A stretch of DNA of 64,000 nucleotides from Cyanobacteriota bacterium (GCA_046045965.1 JBJOKS010000008.1:100676-164675); one strand, 5' to 3'. Shown: positions 1 to 10,715, counted from the first letter of the stretch. Made by a program: numbers and translations. Notes: generated by a model from the sequence alone, not told the origin.

Positions 1-101
1 GAAACTTTAATTTCAACTTTTTTTAATCAGCAAACCTACCGTCATCATGTTATTATTTACTTGGAGCGTAAAGTTAACTTTGTCAAAAAAAACGAACGAC
101 C

Positions 102-413
102 ATGGGTAATACAGATAGTCTTAAACGGGTTGTAGTCCTACGTAGTGAGGATTCGTTTGGTGGCGAGCCGGACACCATTTACGGTGAGAGTCAAGGGAAA
201 AGAAAGAAAAAGAAAAGAAAGAAGCAATCAAAACTTCTGAGTCCTACGGAGAAGATGGTCTTTGCTATGGCCAAACGTCTAGACAAAGCCACTACAGATT
301 ACCGAGATCGCCACTCAGCATCGAATAAGAAGAAGAAAAATGGCTGGATTCGTGATTATCCCAAGAATTTGAGCAAAGCCTTGTCCAAGGCTGGAGGTAT
401 GAAACTATTTTAG
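102..413 (+). CDS. Small Lys/Arg-rich hypothetical protein (resembles DUF6312 family)
   Basis: 103-aa ORF with ATG start; KRKKKKRKKQSK and YRDRHSASNKKKKNGWIRD motifs recalled from small proteins found near AarF/ABC1 kinases. Confidence 0.6.
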   Translation: MGNTDSLKRVVVLRSEDSFGGEPDTIYGESQGKRKKKKRKKQSKLLSPTEKMVFAMAKRLDKATTDYRDRHSASNKKKKNGWIRDYPKNLSKALSKAGGMKLF

Positions 414-779
414 TTTTGTCCTTAAGCAGTATTTCCAACACAGATGGTAAATCAACTGCTCTTAAGCAGACTATTGGCAGCACAGAGGATGTTTTAAAAG
501 ATTCTTTAGCTTTCATAGCCAGGAAAGCAACGTATGTGAGTATACTAATAAAACATTGGGAGTTTGATACAACTGCCAAGGTAACTTTTAAAACATCCTC
601 ATCCAAGGAATAAGTCAGGAAAATTGATTTTTAGTGCTGTTGAGTAAAAAAACCTCAAATTCTACATTGTCAATCAATAAAAACCCTCAGTAAAAACTAG
701 GATAGTTATATCCGATATTTCGACTGAGGAATTGTTTAGTTATTTATCTAAGAATACAAAGAAAACACCGAGGTCAATC

Positions 780-1022
780 ATGGTAGTGCCAGGAAATACC
801 GCTGAAAGCAATCGGATTCAAGAAGCAAATACTATTATTCTTGAATTCAGCAGCGCGAAAAAGGATGATATCCGCGATCTTCGAGCAGGTGAGGGTAAGC
901 TCTTCAAAAGAATACAAAACGCAATTGACGAGCTGCAGGAAACAGGGGAATTAGGGGATTGTGTGCAGCCAGTGATTGTCATTGTTCAGCAAAAGAAATC
1001 TGACAAGGGAATATTAGACTAG
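780..1022 (+). CDS. Small hypothetical protein (resembles DUF6200 family)
   Basis: GAGG ahead of ATG 780; IILEF...DIRDLRAGEGKLFKRIQNAIDEL...QPVIVIV pattern. Confidence 0.55.
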   Translation: MVVPGNTAESNRIQEANTIILEFSSAKKDDIRDLRAGEGKLFKRIQNAIDELQETGELGDCVQPVIVIVQQKKSDKGILD

Positions 1023-1127
1023 GGGTGATTTGGGTAATTTAAAACTATAACTACAAAACCAAGACCTTAGCCAATTTGCGAGGGTGGTTTAGTGTTTTTC
1101 CAAATTATTAACTCCCTTTTATTTCCG

Positions 1128-1160
1128 GTTTGGACTATAGGTAATTTTGATAGTCCAAAC
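1128..1160. terminator. Stem-loop, possible terminator
   Basis: GTTTGGACTAT...ATAGTCCAAAC perfect 11-bp inverted repeat downstream of the 780-1022 ORF. Confidence 0.35.
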
Positions 1161-1373
1161 GGTAATTTTTCTGTTGAGCTATAAAAATCTGCAACCCTTG
1201 ATTTAGCAATTCTTTTGTTTTTTTTTCAGCAACCCCTAATTAGGGATTGCTGTATTTTTCATGCACGATATTTTTAAGTAAAAAAAGTTTCTGTGAGAAA
1301 ATTAAGCAAAGTGTAGTATAAATAGAGGCGCAGAAATTCATTAGTCCATAGGTCAAGAGGTCAAATTAATAAC

Positions 1374-2564
1374 GTGAAAATATTATTAGTCTGTACAGAA
1401 AAGTTACCTGTACCTTTTATTCGAGGTGGGGCTATTCAGACTTACATCAATGAGATATTGCCTTATTTGAGTCGAGAACATAAAATCACAGTTTTCTCGG
1501 TGACTGACCCAGATCTACCTGAACATGAAGTTCGAGATGGAATACGCTACAAACGGGCTGGAGGAGATACTGAAGCGTACTATCAGGCGGTAGCCAATTT
1601 TGTGGCTGGGGAGATATTTGATTGGATTATTATTTACAATCGTCCTAAATATCTTCCCATGGTCGCAGCAGCGTCTCCTCATAGTCGTTTTCTGCTTAGT
1701 ATGCACAACGAAATGTTCGGAGATGGCAAGATTGATCCTGAGTTAGCTCGGCATTGCTTACAGCTAGTTGAGAGGGTGGTTACGGTTAGTGAGTTTATTG
1801 CTCATGGAATTGCTGATCTCTTTCCTGAATATCGGCACAAGTTACAACCAGTTTATGCCGGGGTAAACCTACAACGATTCCAACCAAGATGGTCTTCAGA
1901 TGCTGCTGAACGACGAGCAGATATGCTAGACGCACATGGATTGAAGGACAGAAAAGTGGTGGTAAGTGTGGGGCGGCTGTCCAAGAAAAAAGGACCTCAT
2001 ATTTTGCTATCTGCTTTCCCTGAAGTAATTAAGCAACATCCGTCAGCAGTACTTTTCCTAGTTGGCAGTAAATGGTACGGAAAAAATGAAGAAGACACCT
2101 ACGTTCGTCAGCTCAAGGAGCAGGCAAAAAGCTTGGGTGATTGTGTGCGTTTCAGCGGTTTCATCTCACCAGTTAATATTCCAGATTACTTCCTTCTAGG
2201 GGATATATTTGTTTGTGCCTCTCAATGGCAGGAGCCTTTAGCTAGAGTCCACTATGAGGCAATGGCAACCGGGCTATCAATTATTACCACTGCCAGGGGT
2301 GGTAATGCTGAGGTAATTATTCCAGACGGAAATGGTCTCCTCATCAACGATTACGAAAATCCTCATGCTTTTGCTACTCAAATCAACTACCTTCTATCTA
2401 GACCAGATTTGACTGAAGAAATGGGTCGAAAAGGGCGTTATCTGAGTGAGACTTATTATAGCTGGTATCGGGTTGCTTCAGATATTTTGAAGATTTTGGC
2501 AACCGACTACAAGAGCAATAGGATTTTATTAGATGAGTTAGTTCAAACATACACTGATCTCTGA
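1374..2564 (+). CDS. GT4 glycosyltransferase, spore coat protein CotSA/YtcC-like
   Basis: N-terminus MKILLVCTEKLPVPFIRGGAIQ and motifs HNEMF, VGRLSKKKGPH, GSKWYG, SQWQEPLARVHYEAMA match the Bacillus CotSA type as recalled. Confidence 0.85.
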   Translation: MKILLVCTEKLPVPFIRGGAIQTYINEILPYLSREHKITVFSVTDPDLPEHEVRDGIRYKRAGGDTEAYYQAVANFVAGEIFDWIIIYNRPKYLPMVAAASPHSRFLLSMHNEMFGDGKIDPELARHCLQLVERVVTVSEFIAHGIADLFPEYRHKLQPVYAGVNLQRFQPRWSSDAAERRADMLDAHGLKDRKVVVSVGRLSKKKGPHILLSAFPEVIKQHPSAVLFLVGSKWYGKNEEDTYVRQLKEQAKSLGDCVRFSGFISPVNIPDYFLLGDIFVCASQWQEPLARVHYEAMATGLSIITTARGGNAEVIIPDGNGLLINDYENPHAFATQINYLLSRPDLTEEMGRKGRYLSETYYSWYRVASDILKILATDYKSNRILLDELVQTYTDL

Positions 2565-2947
2565 ACTTCAATAGTTTGAGAGCATTCAGGTGATATACTT
2601 TCGCTCAAACCATTGATTTTCTGTCCGAATGCTTCGCCTCTACAAGGTAAAAACTCTATTGTATAAACATTTCATGGATTGCCAATAAGCTGTTACGCAT
2701 TTATTTTTTTTACTCAAAAGCCTTACACAATAACTCTAGGCTACAAAATATTAAATTTAATTGCGCCTCAGCTTATTATATTTGTCAATTCAAATTTAGA
2801 ATCGCTCATAATCTATTTTACGGAATTATTCGAGTCTGGTACGATTAATATTTGCAGGTGAGTAATGGTGCTTTTTTTATCATCTTCTGCCAAAATGGGA
2901 ACTCTTTAACTACTTTCGGATCACTACCGTTATAAAATGCTTTTTCC

Positions 2948-4717
2948 TTAATATTCCTTTTGCTCTAAAATATCTGAACAAGTTGATAAGGTTTGGAAAA
3001 TCATTGTCATTGCTATAAAGATCAAAATCCATTCCATGTATAGTATTGGCGGGATCTGTATGACAATTTCATCCAACAGCTGATTATGAATAAGTTTAAT
3101 GATGGCAAAATGATGCTGAAAAAGGAAAGCATAGGCTAAGACAAATCCACCAATCAGTGTTGCATAGGATAACATACGTAAAACGAATGCGAGGGAAATA
3201 GCAAATTTGTTAATACTACCGTCATAAGGTATAGTTTGTTGCCGTATTTTGGGAAGAATCAAAGTATTATATTCATCCACAGTTTCCAAAAACACGTTTA
3301 TGGATGCCATAATACTCTTAGAATTAAGATTCTGAGCTAAAGCACGACGCGCTGCCTGTTTGCTATATTTGTTAATAAGATCTATAGAATTCATATTTGG
3401 CGTGAGGTACTGAAGCGAACCATCCAATGTCAGGAGAGATCTGGTTACCTTCAAAAATGACCAGTTGCTTGGTACTTGATATTTAGCAGTTATCTTGCTA
3501 AGTTCAGCACTAGCTCCACCTATGGATTTTTCCTTAAATGATAACCCATCGAGCCGGGATTTAGCCGCCCAATTTCCAACTGCACTTGCCATTTCCGAGC
3601 GTAGTCTAGGTACATCGACTTTAGGAATACCTACAGCAAAGCGAATCAGATAGTCGGCTGCTTTCGGAAAATCCTCTTTTCCCATGGCCGCAGTGTAGTT
3701 TGAGTAATTAGTCTTCAAATCTTTGTCTAGGGAGCCAACGCTTCCTAAGTCAATCAAAACAAACTTGCTATCACGCAACAAAAATATGTTACCAGGATGT
3801 AGATCTGCATGATATAAATTATCTTCATATATTTGTCGAAATAAGGACAAAGATAATTTTTCTCCCACCTTTTCGCGGTCTACATTATTTTCTTCATCCC
3901 ATTTCTTAACTTTGGCAGGATCGTTATTTAAAACCTTGATGTAGTCAGACATCAATACACCAGGAATATACTCCATCACCAAAACCCGACGTTTGGAATA
4001 TTTTCTATATACTGAGGGAGTGTAAACACCATGTTTTTTGAGAGTCTTTTTCATCCGACGCATATTGGATGCCTCATAGCGGTAATCTAGCTCCTCATTA
4101 AAAATTCTCTCCACTTCTAATATGGCTTCATCCAAACGCAGATAAGTGCCAATATTGAACGCTCTCAACAAATTAGTGAAAAGTTTAATGACTTCTAAAT
4201 CCCTCTGGAAAGCCGACTCTAAACCGGGACGTTGAACTTTGACCACCACGGTGGTTTTGTTTTTAGACAAAACTGCTCTGTGAATTTGAGCAATTGAGGC
4301 AGCTGCTATCGGTTCCTCATCAAAAGCTGCAAAGATTTTATCCATGGGAACACCCAATTCCGACTCAATAGTTGAGCGTACTATCTCCATTGGAAATCCA
4401 ATAGCCCCATATTGCAAGCGTAGTAATTGATTACATACTTCTTCAGGAAACAGGTCTGTTCGTAATGCTAGTAACTGGCCTGTTTTAACCCATAGACCAC
4501 CTAACTCTTCAAATATTTCTCGCAACCCGTTGGCCGTTTTTTGCATATCCGGCTTTTTGATAAATCGGCGGAATGATACGCCTAAAAAATAAACTATAAA
4601 TCGCCATATCACATAAGCAATTGAAAAACGACGATTATTAAGTTCCTCAACTATTTCTACTTTTTTTCGCTGCTTTTTTTCAACAAGTGGCGTGGGAATA
4701 TCTTTTTCCTTGAGCAT
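2948..4717 (-). CDS. AarF/ABC1/UbiB family atypical protein kinase with C-terminal TM helices
   Basis: LGGLWVKTGQ, AAASIAQIHRA, VVVKVQRPG, ELDYRYEA, YHADLHPGN, IDLG motifs. Confidence 0.92.
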   Translation of the reverse strand: MLKEKDIPTPLVEKKQRKKVEIVEELNNRRFSIAYVIWRFIVYFLGVSFRRFIKKPDMQKTANGLREIFEELGGLWVKTGQLLALRTDLFPEEVCNQLLRLQYGAIGFPMEIVRSTIESELGVPMDKIFAAFDEEPIAAASIAQIHRAVLSKNKTTVVVKVQRPGLESAFQRDLEVIKLFTNLLRAFNIGTYLRLDEAILEVERIFNEELDYRYEASNMRRMKKTLKKHGVYTPSVYRKYSKRRVLVMEYIPGVLMSDYIKVLNNDPAKVKKWDEENNVDREKVGEKLSLSLFRQIYEDNLYHADLHPGNIFLLRDSKFVLIDLGSVGSLDKDLKTNYSNYTAAMGKEDFPKAADYLIRFAVGIPKVDVPRLRSEMASAVGNWAAKSRLDGLSFKEKSIGGASAELSKITAKYQVPSNWSFLKVTRSLLTLDGSLQYLTPNMNSIDLINKYSKQAARRALAQNLNSKSIMASINVFLETVDEYNTLILPKIRQQTIPYDGSINKFAISLAFVLRMLSYATLIGGFVLAYAFLFQHHFAIIKLIHNQLLDEIVIQIPPILYMEWILIFIAMTMIFQTLSTCSDILEQKEY

Positions 4718-4747
4718 TTGTTACAGTCTCCTAAACACTGGACTTGA

Positions 4748-4886
4748 GAGGATGTTTGAAAAGTCAGAAAGTATCTAAAAAAGCTCTCTCAGTATTAAGC
4801 TGTGAATAGATAATAAACAGCACCTAGAGAGTGATACAAGTAAAGCATACCCCAGCAAGCTGACGAGCACCCAATATGAATTTCTC
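4748..4886 (+). mobile_element. IS5-family (IS1031-like) left-end remnant
   Basis: GAGGATGTTTGAAAAGTC end followed by a start-less frame SKAYPSKLTSTQYEFL, resembling the transposase N-terminus. Confidence 0.6.
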
Positions 4887-4913
4887 GTATCGGCTCAATA
4901 TCGGCTCAATACG

Positions 4914-5418
4914 TAGGGCTTGCTGAAAAAGTGGGGAAAGTCAACCTCAGGATTCTTTAGTTATTCAATCAAGATGTCAAGATAAGTTTTTTTTGTTTAT
5001 AATGAAATAAAATATAAGCTTGGATAATCTTAAAGGATTCTCCCTGATCTGCTCTACTGTTTCTCTATCACTTGTTCCTATCTTTTCTTTGATAATTAAT
5101 GCTCTTAATGCCATCCGAAATGGTTTAGCTGGTGCGCCTATTTCTGAGGAAAACATTGCTGCATATTCCGCTTCAAATTCTGACCAAGGTATCATTTTCT
5201 CGATGATTACCCAACGATTATCCGACGCTAGTTTGCACTCCTTGGATATTTCAAAGCTTTTCAGTTTCGTTTTTTGTTTTTTCTCTTTTCTATACATTTT
5301 GATGCTTTCGGATGCAAGGGTTTTTACCTATTTTAACTCTTTTTCTTGCACCTTTTTCACCTTCTATCCCCTGAATCTCTTAATTTATCGGGGTTTTTGC
5401 CTTATTCAGCAAGCCCTA
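4914..5418 (-). mobile_element. Internally deleted IS5-family element
   Basis: Terminal inverted repeats TAGGGCTTGCTGAAAAAG (4914) and CTTATTCAGCAAGCCCTA (5401-5418), 17/18 match including flanking TA; encloses a transposase fragment. Confidence 0.85.
4977..5297 (-). pseudogene. Truncated IS5-family transposase (N-terminal part only)
   Basis: DNRWV..IPWSEFEAEY..GAPAKPFRMAL..SDRETVEQIRENP, then an unrelated tail; no DDE domain. Confidence 0.85.
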
Positions 5419-5574
5419 TTTAGTAGAAAAATATGCTATTGGTATTAGTTTAGGACTTCAACTATTAGCACCTAAACCTTTGGCTGGAAAACCCGTGAGT
5501 ATATTGGCGGCTGTTTTAGTACAACCACCAAGGGAATTTATTCGCTGGCTTTTAAGACAATAAAAATTTATCAG

Positions 5575-5656
5575 TGGGCGGGAGGAGAATCGAACTCCTA
5601 TACCTTTCGGTGCCGCATTTTGAGTGCGGTGCGTCTACCAATTCCGCCACCCGCCC
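5575..5656 (-). tRNA. trnL: tRNA-Leu(CAA)
   Basis: Reverse strand GGGCGGGTGGCGGAATTGGTAGACGC..CCGCA-CTCAAAA-TGCGG..long variable arm..GGAGTTCGATTCTCC-TCCCGCCCA; CCA not encoded. Confidence 0.95.
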
Positions 5657-5735
5657 TTGTGGATGGCACTTCATTAGTATAACCTATTTTTTTGATTTTG
5701 CAACCAGGATTATTGATTTATTTACAAATTTTTTT

Positions 5736-6815
5736 TTAGCACTGTCTAACCAAGCTAGAATCAATATCTTCTAAACTAGCACAACCGCCCAGAGCCATTG
5801 CTGTGGTTAGTTCCTCTTTGAGAAGGGAGATAACGTCAACTACTCCAGCTTGTCCAGATACCGCTAAACCCCATAGGACAGGACGACCTATAAGCACCGC
5901 TTTTGCTCCTAATGCTAAGGCTTTGAGGATATCTGTACCCCGACGAATACCACCATCTAACAAGACTTCTACTCTACCGTCAACTGCTGCTACTATTTCT
6001 GTTAAAGCATCTAAAGAAGCGATCGCCCCATCTAATTGTCTACCACCATGATTAGAAACCACAATCCCCTGTGCGCCAGATTCTACAGCCCGCAGCGCAT
6101 CATCACCCCGCAAAATCCCTTTCAATACCAATGGTAACGGACTCAGAGATTGTAACCATTCTAAATCTTTCCAAGTCAGTGCAGGATTTATTTGTTGAGC
6201 AAAATAGGTTAATAACCCAGACTCACCCTGTCCCTGGGGAATATCTAACCCTGATATATTGGTTAAATTAGCAGGATGCAAACCAGGGGGTAAGGTAAAC
6301 TCATTGCGTTGATCTCGCTCTCTTTTTCCCAACACTGGCGCATCCACAGTTAAACATAGTGCTTTGTAACCTGCTGCATAAGCTCTTTCTACTAATGCAC
6401 GAGTTAAACCCCGATCTTTGTGAATGTAAAGCTGAAACCATTGGAAACCATTGGAAACCGTTGCTACTTCTTCTAAACTCTTAGTAGCTAATGTACTCAG
6501 CACCATGCCTACACCTACTGAATCTGCTGCTGAAGCTGTAGCAATTTCACCATTTGGATGGGCGAGACACTGAAAAGCCATTGGTGCAATGAGCAGAGGT
6601 AACTGCAACGATGTACCTAAAACTTTAGTTGTCAGGTTGATATCACTAACATCAACTAGCATTTTAGGACGGAGTTTAACTCGTGTAAAAGCAGCCCGAT
6701 TATCCTGTAATGTGATTTCATCCCACGCACCACTACTGTAATAATCAAAAGCCATTTTTGGTAGATGGGCTTTTGCTAACTGTTCATATTCAAATAAGTT
6801 AATGGGTGATTTCAT
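5736..6815 (-). CDS. FMN-dependent alpha-hydroxy acid oxidase (lactate/glycolate oxidase)
   Basis: VSNHGGRQLDG, DGGIRRGTD, WFQLY motifs; start taken at MKSPINL. Confidence 0.92.
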   Translation of the reverse strand: MKSPINLFEYEQLAKAHLPKMAFDYYSSGAWDEITLQDNRAAFTRVKLRPKMLVDVSDINLTTKVLGTSLQLPLLIAPMAFQCLAHPNGEIATASAADSVGVGMVLSTLATKSLEEVATVSNGFQWFQLYIHKDRGLTRALVERAYAAGYKALCLTVDAPVLGKRERDQRNEFTLPPGLHPANLTNISGLDIPQGQGESGLLTYFAQQINPALTWKDLEWLQSLSPLPLVLKGILRGDDALRAVESGAQGIVVSNHGGRQLDGAIASLDALTEIVAAVDGRVEVLLDGGIRRGTDILKALALGAKAVLIGRPVLWGLAVSGQAGVVDVISLLKEELTTAMALGGCASLEDIDSSLVRQC

Positions 6816-6837
6816 CGCTTCCACAGTTCCCGGTTCA

Positions 6838-9669
6838 TTAATTTCCCTGCAAAGGAGCATTTAAAGCTTTTTCAATGCGATCGCGGGTTTCTAGTAAATG
6901 CGCTTTGGTATATTCATTATCTGACTTCACCCGTTTGAGTTGTTGGTCTAATTGTTTGAGTTTATACCATGCTAAAGTGCGAGCATCTTCTGGAACATCT
7001 ACTTTTCGTAATACCATCGCTGTTAAAAAGTTCACATATTGTCGTTGTAAACCCCGACGCAAACTAGAAATTTCTAATTTACCTTGTGGTTGTAAAACTT
7101 CTGTCCAAATTCCGGTTTGTAAAGTAGTAAATAATTCAGGCATAGTCAGTGCTTTTCCGGGTTCGCTTTTGAGTTCAATATCCTTCATCCGCGAAAGGCG
7201 ATCGCTGGAGAGTAAATCGCTCAAAACCGCACTCTGCACAAACAACACCAAATCATGAACAGGGAAATCTAAACGCCCCGTTACAGGTGTACTACCCCAA
7301 TGTCGCCAGCGGGAAGGTGCTAATTTATTCAGTAGTTCTGGTGAAAATTTCAGTGCATCTTCAGCAAATACATACTCTTGTAATGTCGTTAATGCCTGTC
7401 TTTGTTGTTCCACCGGAACTGCTACAAATGGTAATCTTCCTTTGTTTTCACTGGGATTAACACGGTAAAAAGACTGACCACCAACGTATTTAATAGTATA
7501 ACTTAATTGCTGCAAATAATTACCAAAAATGGTGCTAAATTGTTCAGTTAAATCGCTGTAATTTTCACCAGATATGGAATAACCATTATTTAAACGTTCC
7601 CACATCACACGGGAATTATCCAACTGCCAGCGAGAATAAACTAGCACATTACGGCTATTATCCCAAGGTGCAGATGTCGGATCAATCTCAGAAGTATCCT
7701 CATCAGGAGAATAACTCAACTCTGGTTGTTCTGATTGTTTAGCTATTGCTGCTAAAAAAGGTTTTTCTGCGATCGCACTTTTTGCCCCAAAATGAGTATA
7801 ACCATACTGTATTGCCCACATATCATAACTTCCCAACTGACTAGGAAAATAATCTCCCTGGACTGTACCACGAGGGGCTATATTGGGAGGAACATAATCC
7901 ATGACTGAAGCTGTCAAACCTTTAGTACGACTGATTTCTAGATTATTCATCTCCTCTGGTTGTAAGAGGTTACTACCGCGAAAATTATGCCGTAACCCTA
8001 AAGTATGACCAACTTCATGAGCAATAATTAAACGTAAATATTGATGAATATAATCTTTGATTTTCTCTTTGCTAGGAGTAGTATTTGCTAATAGTGACAT
8101 TGCCAAAGAACCAAAAGCAAATTGATTAGCAGATTCTATACCATAGCATAAATCATACTCTCCTGCTAATTTAGATAAATTGCCGATTAATCCCTTCTGA
8201 TTTTTATCACCTTTACTACAAAGGGGACGATTTTGCATCAATGCAGATAGGGAAGTTGGAGTTTGTGTTTGCTGGGGTAAAATAATTTGCCGATACTCAT
8301 TTTTTAAAGCTCTGACAAAACTAGCATCTACCAGAATATCTGCATCCAAAATTTCCCCATTCAAAGGATTAACACGGGATGGACCAAGAGCAAAATAACC
8401 ATCTACAGTATTAATCCAGCGAATGGTATTATATCTAATATCTGCCGCATCCCATGTAGCATTATCTGGCATTTGTTTAACTTCAATCGCATCCTTGAAT
8501 CCCGCCTTCAAAAAAGCTTGATTCCACATTAATACCCCTTCTTTAATAGCATCACGATATTCCCAAGGTACAGCGTTATCAATCCAGAAAACAATTGGCT
8601 TTTTCGGTGGAGAAATTGCAGCGGTAGGATCTTGTTTTTCCAAATTCCAGCGATTAATGTAACGGACAAAAGCATCATTGCGATCATTTATTGATAAATC
8701 TTGATATGCAGTAATAAAATATCCCACTCGATCATCTGCCAAGCGCGGTTGATAATTATTATTAGGTAGTTGAGAAATACTGTAATGAAGCTTGAGAGTA
8801 AAGCCACGACTGTCAGCCAGTACACCAAAATTTGGGTTATTACCACTACTGTTAGAATAATTGAAAATTGATTCAATTTCTATATTGTTGGGGAAAACTT
8901 TGGCATTACCAAAATATGATTGTTCTAAATTAGCAGCTAATTCTAAACTTGCAGATAATCCCGCCAAATCTGCCAGCAGTAAATCACCTAAATCAATGAG
9001 TATTGTTTTGCGTTGTGGATGAATACTTTTAATACTAAGATTGTAGAGAACAGAATCACTAAAAGAGCGAGCAAGGGAGCGAGATTGGGGATCACCTTCA
9101 CGAGTCCGAAAATTCACATTACGAACCACAAATTGTAAGTTATTATCTATGCGTTGGAAATAAAATAGAAAATCTTGCAATGGTAAACCACTATAAATTC
9201 CTCGTTCACCAATACCAGATTCTAAAGTTGCTGTCGCTAAGAAGTTTTTCTGGAGTTGTTCTGGTTGAATTTCTAAATAGATTTTATTAGTTTCTTTGTG
9301 GCGATAAAGAGTAAATATCCCTTCTAGTTTTTGACTATCTTTGACAACTTCATCAAATGCTTCCAAATCATCTGTTTTAGCTGGTTTAGTGCTTGAACTA
9401 GGTTTTTTTGTGGGCTTATTTTGAGTTTGAGCAATTTCCAAAAATGGTTGCTGTCTGGCTTTTTTTGGATCTGGAACAACCCACATAAAAGCTTGTTTTT
9501 GTACCTGTTTATTTTGATTAATTACCCATACTTGCGATGATGGTAAAGTTCCTGGAGGTGAAGTTTCCAGATTTTCCTTTGCTTTTGTCTCTAATGACTC
9601 AGCGTTAGCAGTTCCCATCCCTAAAAACAAACTATGTAACAAAACGATATAAAAAGTTAATTTTTTCAT
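6838..9669 (-). CDS. Secreted zinc-dependent metalloprotease (DUF5117/DUF4953, EcxA-like)
   Basis: Signal peptide, HEVGHTLGLRHNF zinc motif, SVMDY Met-turn. Confidence 0.88.
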   Translation of the reverse strand: MKKLTFYIVLLHSLFLGMGTANAESLETKAKENLETSPPGTLPSSQVWVINQNKQVQKQAFMWVVPDPKKARQQPFLEIAQTQNKPTKKPSSSTKPAKTDDLEAFDEVVKDSQKLEGIFTLYRHKETNKIYLEIQPEQLQKNFLATATLESGIGERGIYSGLPLQDFLFYFQRIDNNLQFVVRNVNFRTREGDPQSRSLARSFSDSVLYNLSIKSIHPQRKTILIDLGDLLLADLAGLSASLELAANLEQSYFGNAKVFPNNIEIESIFNYSNSSGNNPNFGVLADSRGFTLKLHYSISQLPNNNYQPRLADDRVGYFITAYQDLSINDRNDAFVRYINRWNLEKQDPTAAISPPKKPIVFWIDNAVPWEYRDAIKEGVLMWNQAFLKAGFKDAIEVKQMPDNATWDAADIRYNTIRWINTVDGYFALGPSRVNPLNGEILDADILVDASFVRALKNEYRQIILPQQTQTPTSLSALMQNRPLCSKGDKNQKGLIGNLSKLAGEYDLCYGIESANQFAFGSLAMSLLANTTPSKEKIKDYIHQYLRLIIAHEVGHTLGLRHNFRGSNLLQPEEMNNLEISRTKGLTASVMDYVPPNIAPRGTVQGDYFPSQLGSYDMWAIQYGYTHFGAKSAIAEKPFLAAIAKQSEQPELSYSPDEDTSEIDPTSAPWDNSRNVLVYSRWQLDNSRVMWERLNNGYSISGENYSDLTEQFSTIFGNYLQQLSYTIKYVGGQSFYRVNPSENKGRLPFVAVPVEQQRQALTTLQEYVFAEDALKFSPELLNKLAPSRWRHWGSTPVTGRLDFPVHDLVLFVQSAVLSDLLSSDRLSRMKDIELKSEPGKALTMPELFTTLQTGIWTEVLQPQGKLEISSLRRGLQRQYVNFLTAMVLRKVDVPEDARTLAWYKLKQLDQQLKRVKSDNEYTKAHLLETRDRIEKALNAPLQGN

Positions 9670-10007
9670 TCTACATCCCCAATAACTATTTAACCCAAGC
9701 AGCATGAGTTTAACCGAGATAGGACAGTCATCAGTTATCGTTGTTTATTGTTAACTGTTAACTTGCTCTTGCTTCTTATTTCCAGCCTGATTGACAATTT
9801 CTATAGTATAAATTTAAGAAACTTAAAACCTGATTTACCTATACAAAAATCAATAAATATCTGCCTACTCAAATTGTGTAGCTATACAAGCCAAATTTGC
9901 AACCTCCAACCAAAATTAATTCAATTACAATGAATTAAGGTGAAGTTGCTAATTTTACAGTTTAATCTCTGAGTTTGGACTTAGCTCCGTTCTAGAAATT
10001 GTTGCTA

Positions 10008-10715
10008 TCAAGATTCTCTTAACACATATCCCACACCGCGTACCGTTTGAATTAGACGCTTTTGTCCTTCTTCTTCAATTTTCAGCCGCAAGTAGCGAAT
10101 GTATACTTCAATCACATTGGACTCACCCATAAAATCATAACCCCAGACATTTTCTAAGATTTGTTCACGGGTTAATACTTCGCGGGGATGTTCCATAAAG
10201 AACTTCAATAGTTCAAATTCCTTCATTGTTAAGTCAATAGTTCTACTATTATAGATAGCGCGACGGATACCGATATCTAGCACCAAATCCCCAAAGCGCA
10301 ACTGTTCGTTAGTATCAACATCAGGTTTGAGATATAGACGAATCAATTTCAGAAAATCTTCTGAACGATAAGGTTTGAGAATATAATCATCAGCACCGGC
10401 TTCTAGACAAGCAACACGATCATCAACTGTATCTCTGGCCATTAAAATCAATACTGGGGAACAATAGCCGATGGTGCGGAGATTTCTGCACAAAGACAGT
10501 CCAGATTCTCCAGTCAGCATCCGGTCTACTACAATTAAAGCAGGTTGGCGATGGCTTGGATTGCTGGAGGCATCGCGCCATTGTTGCAAACCACTGGCCG
10601 CATCATGTGCCACAATGGGATCATAGCCGGCTTCTTGCAAATCAAAAGCCAATTGATTGGCTAAGGTATCATCGGGTTCAATCACCAGAACACAGGAACT
10701 CTGAGCAGTTATCAT
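10008..10715 (-). CDS. nblR: OmpR-family response regulator NblR
   Basis: Atypical receiver (VIEPD, VVDRML, ILMARDTVDDRVACLEAGADDY) plus winged helix. Confidence 0.85.
   Translation of the reverse strand: MITAQSSCVLVIEPDDTLANQLAFDLQEAGYDPIVAHDAASGLQQWRDASSNPSHRQPALIVVDRMLTGESGLSLCRNLRTIGYCSPVLILMARDTVDDRVACLEAGADDYILKPYRSEDFLKLIRLYLKPDVDTNEQLRFGDLVLDIGIRRAIYNSRTIDLTMKEFELLKFFMEHPREVLTREQILENVWGYDFMGESNVIEVYIRYLRLKIEEEGQKRLIQTVRGVGYVLRES

Noticed and set aside
292..613. Overlapping ORFs 292-606 (-) and 416-613 (+)
   Set aside because: No recognisable motif or RBS; one overlaps the better-supported 102-413 gene.
5574..5774. 66-aa ORF
   Set aside because: Antisense to tRNA-Leu.
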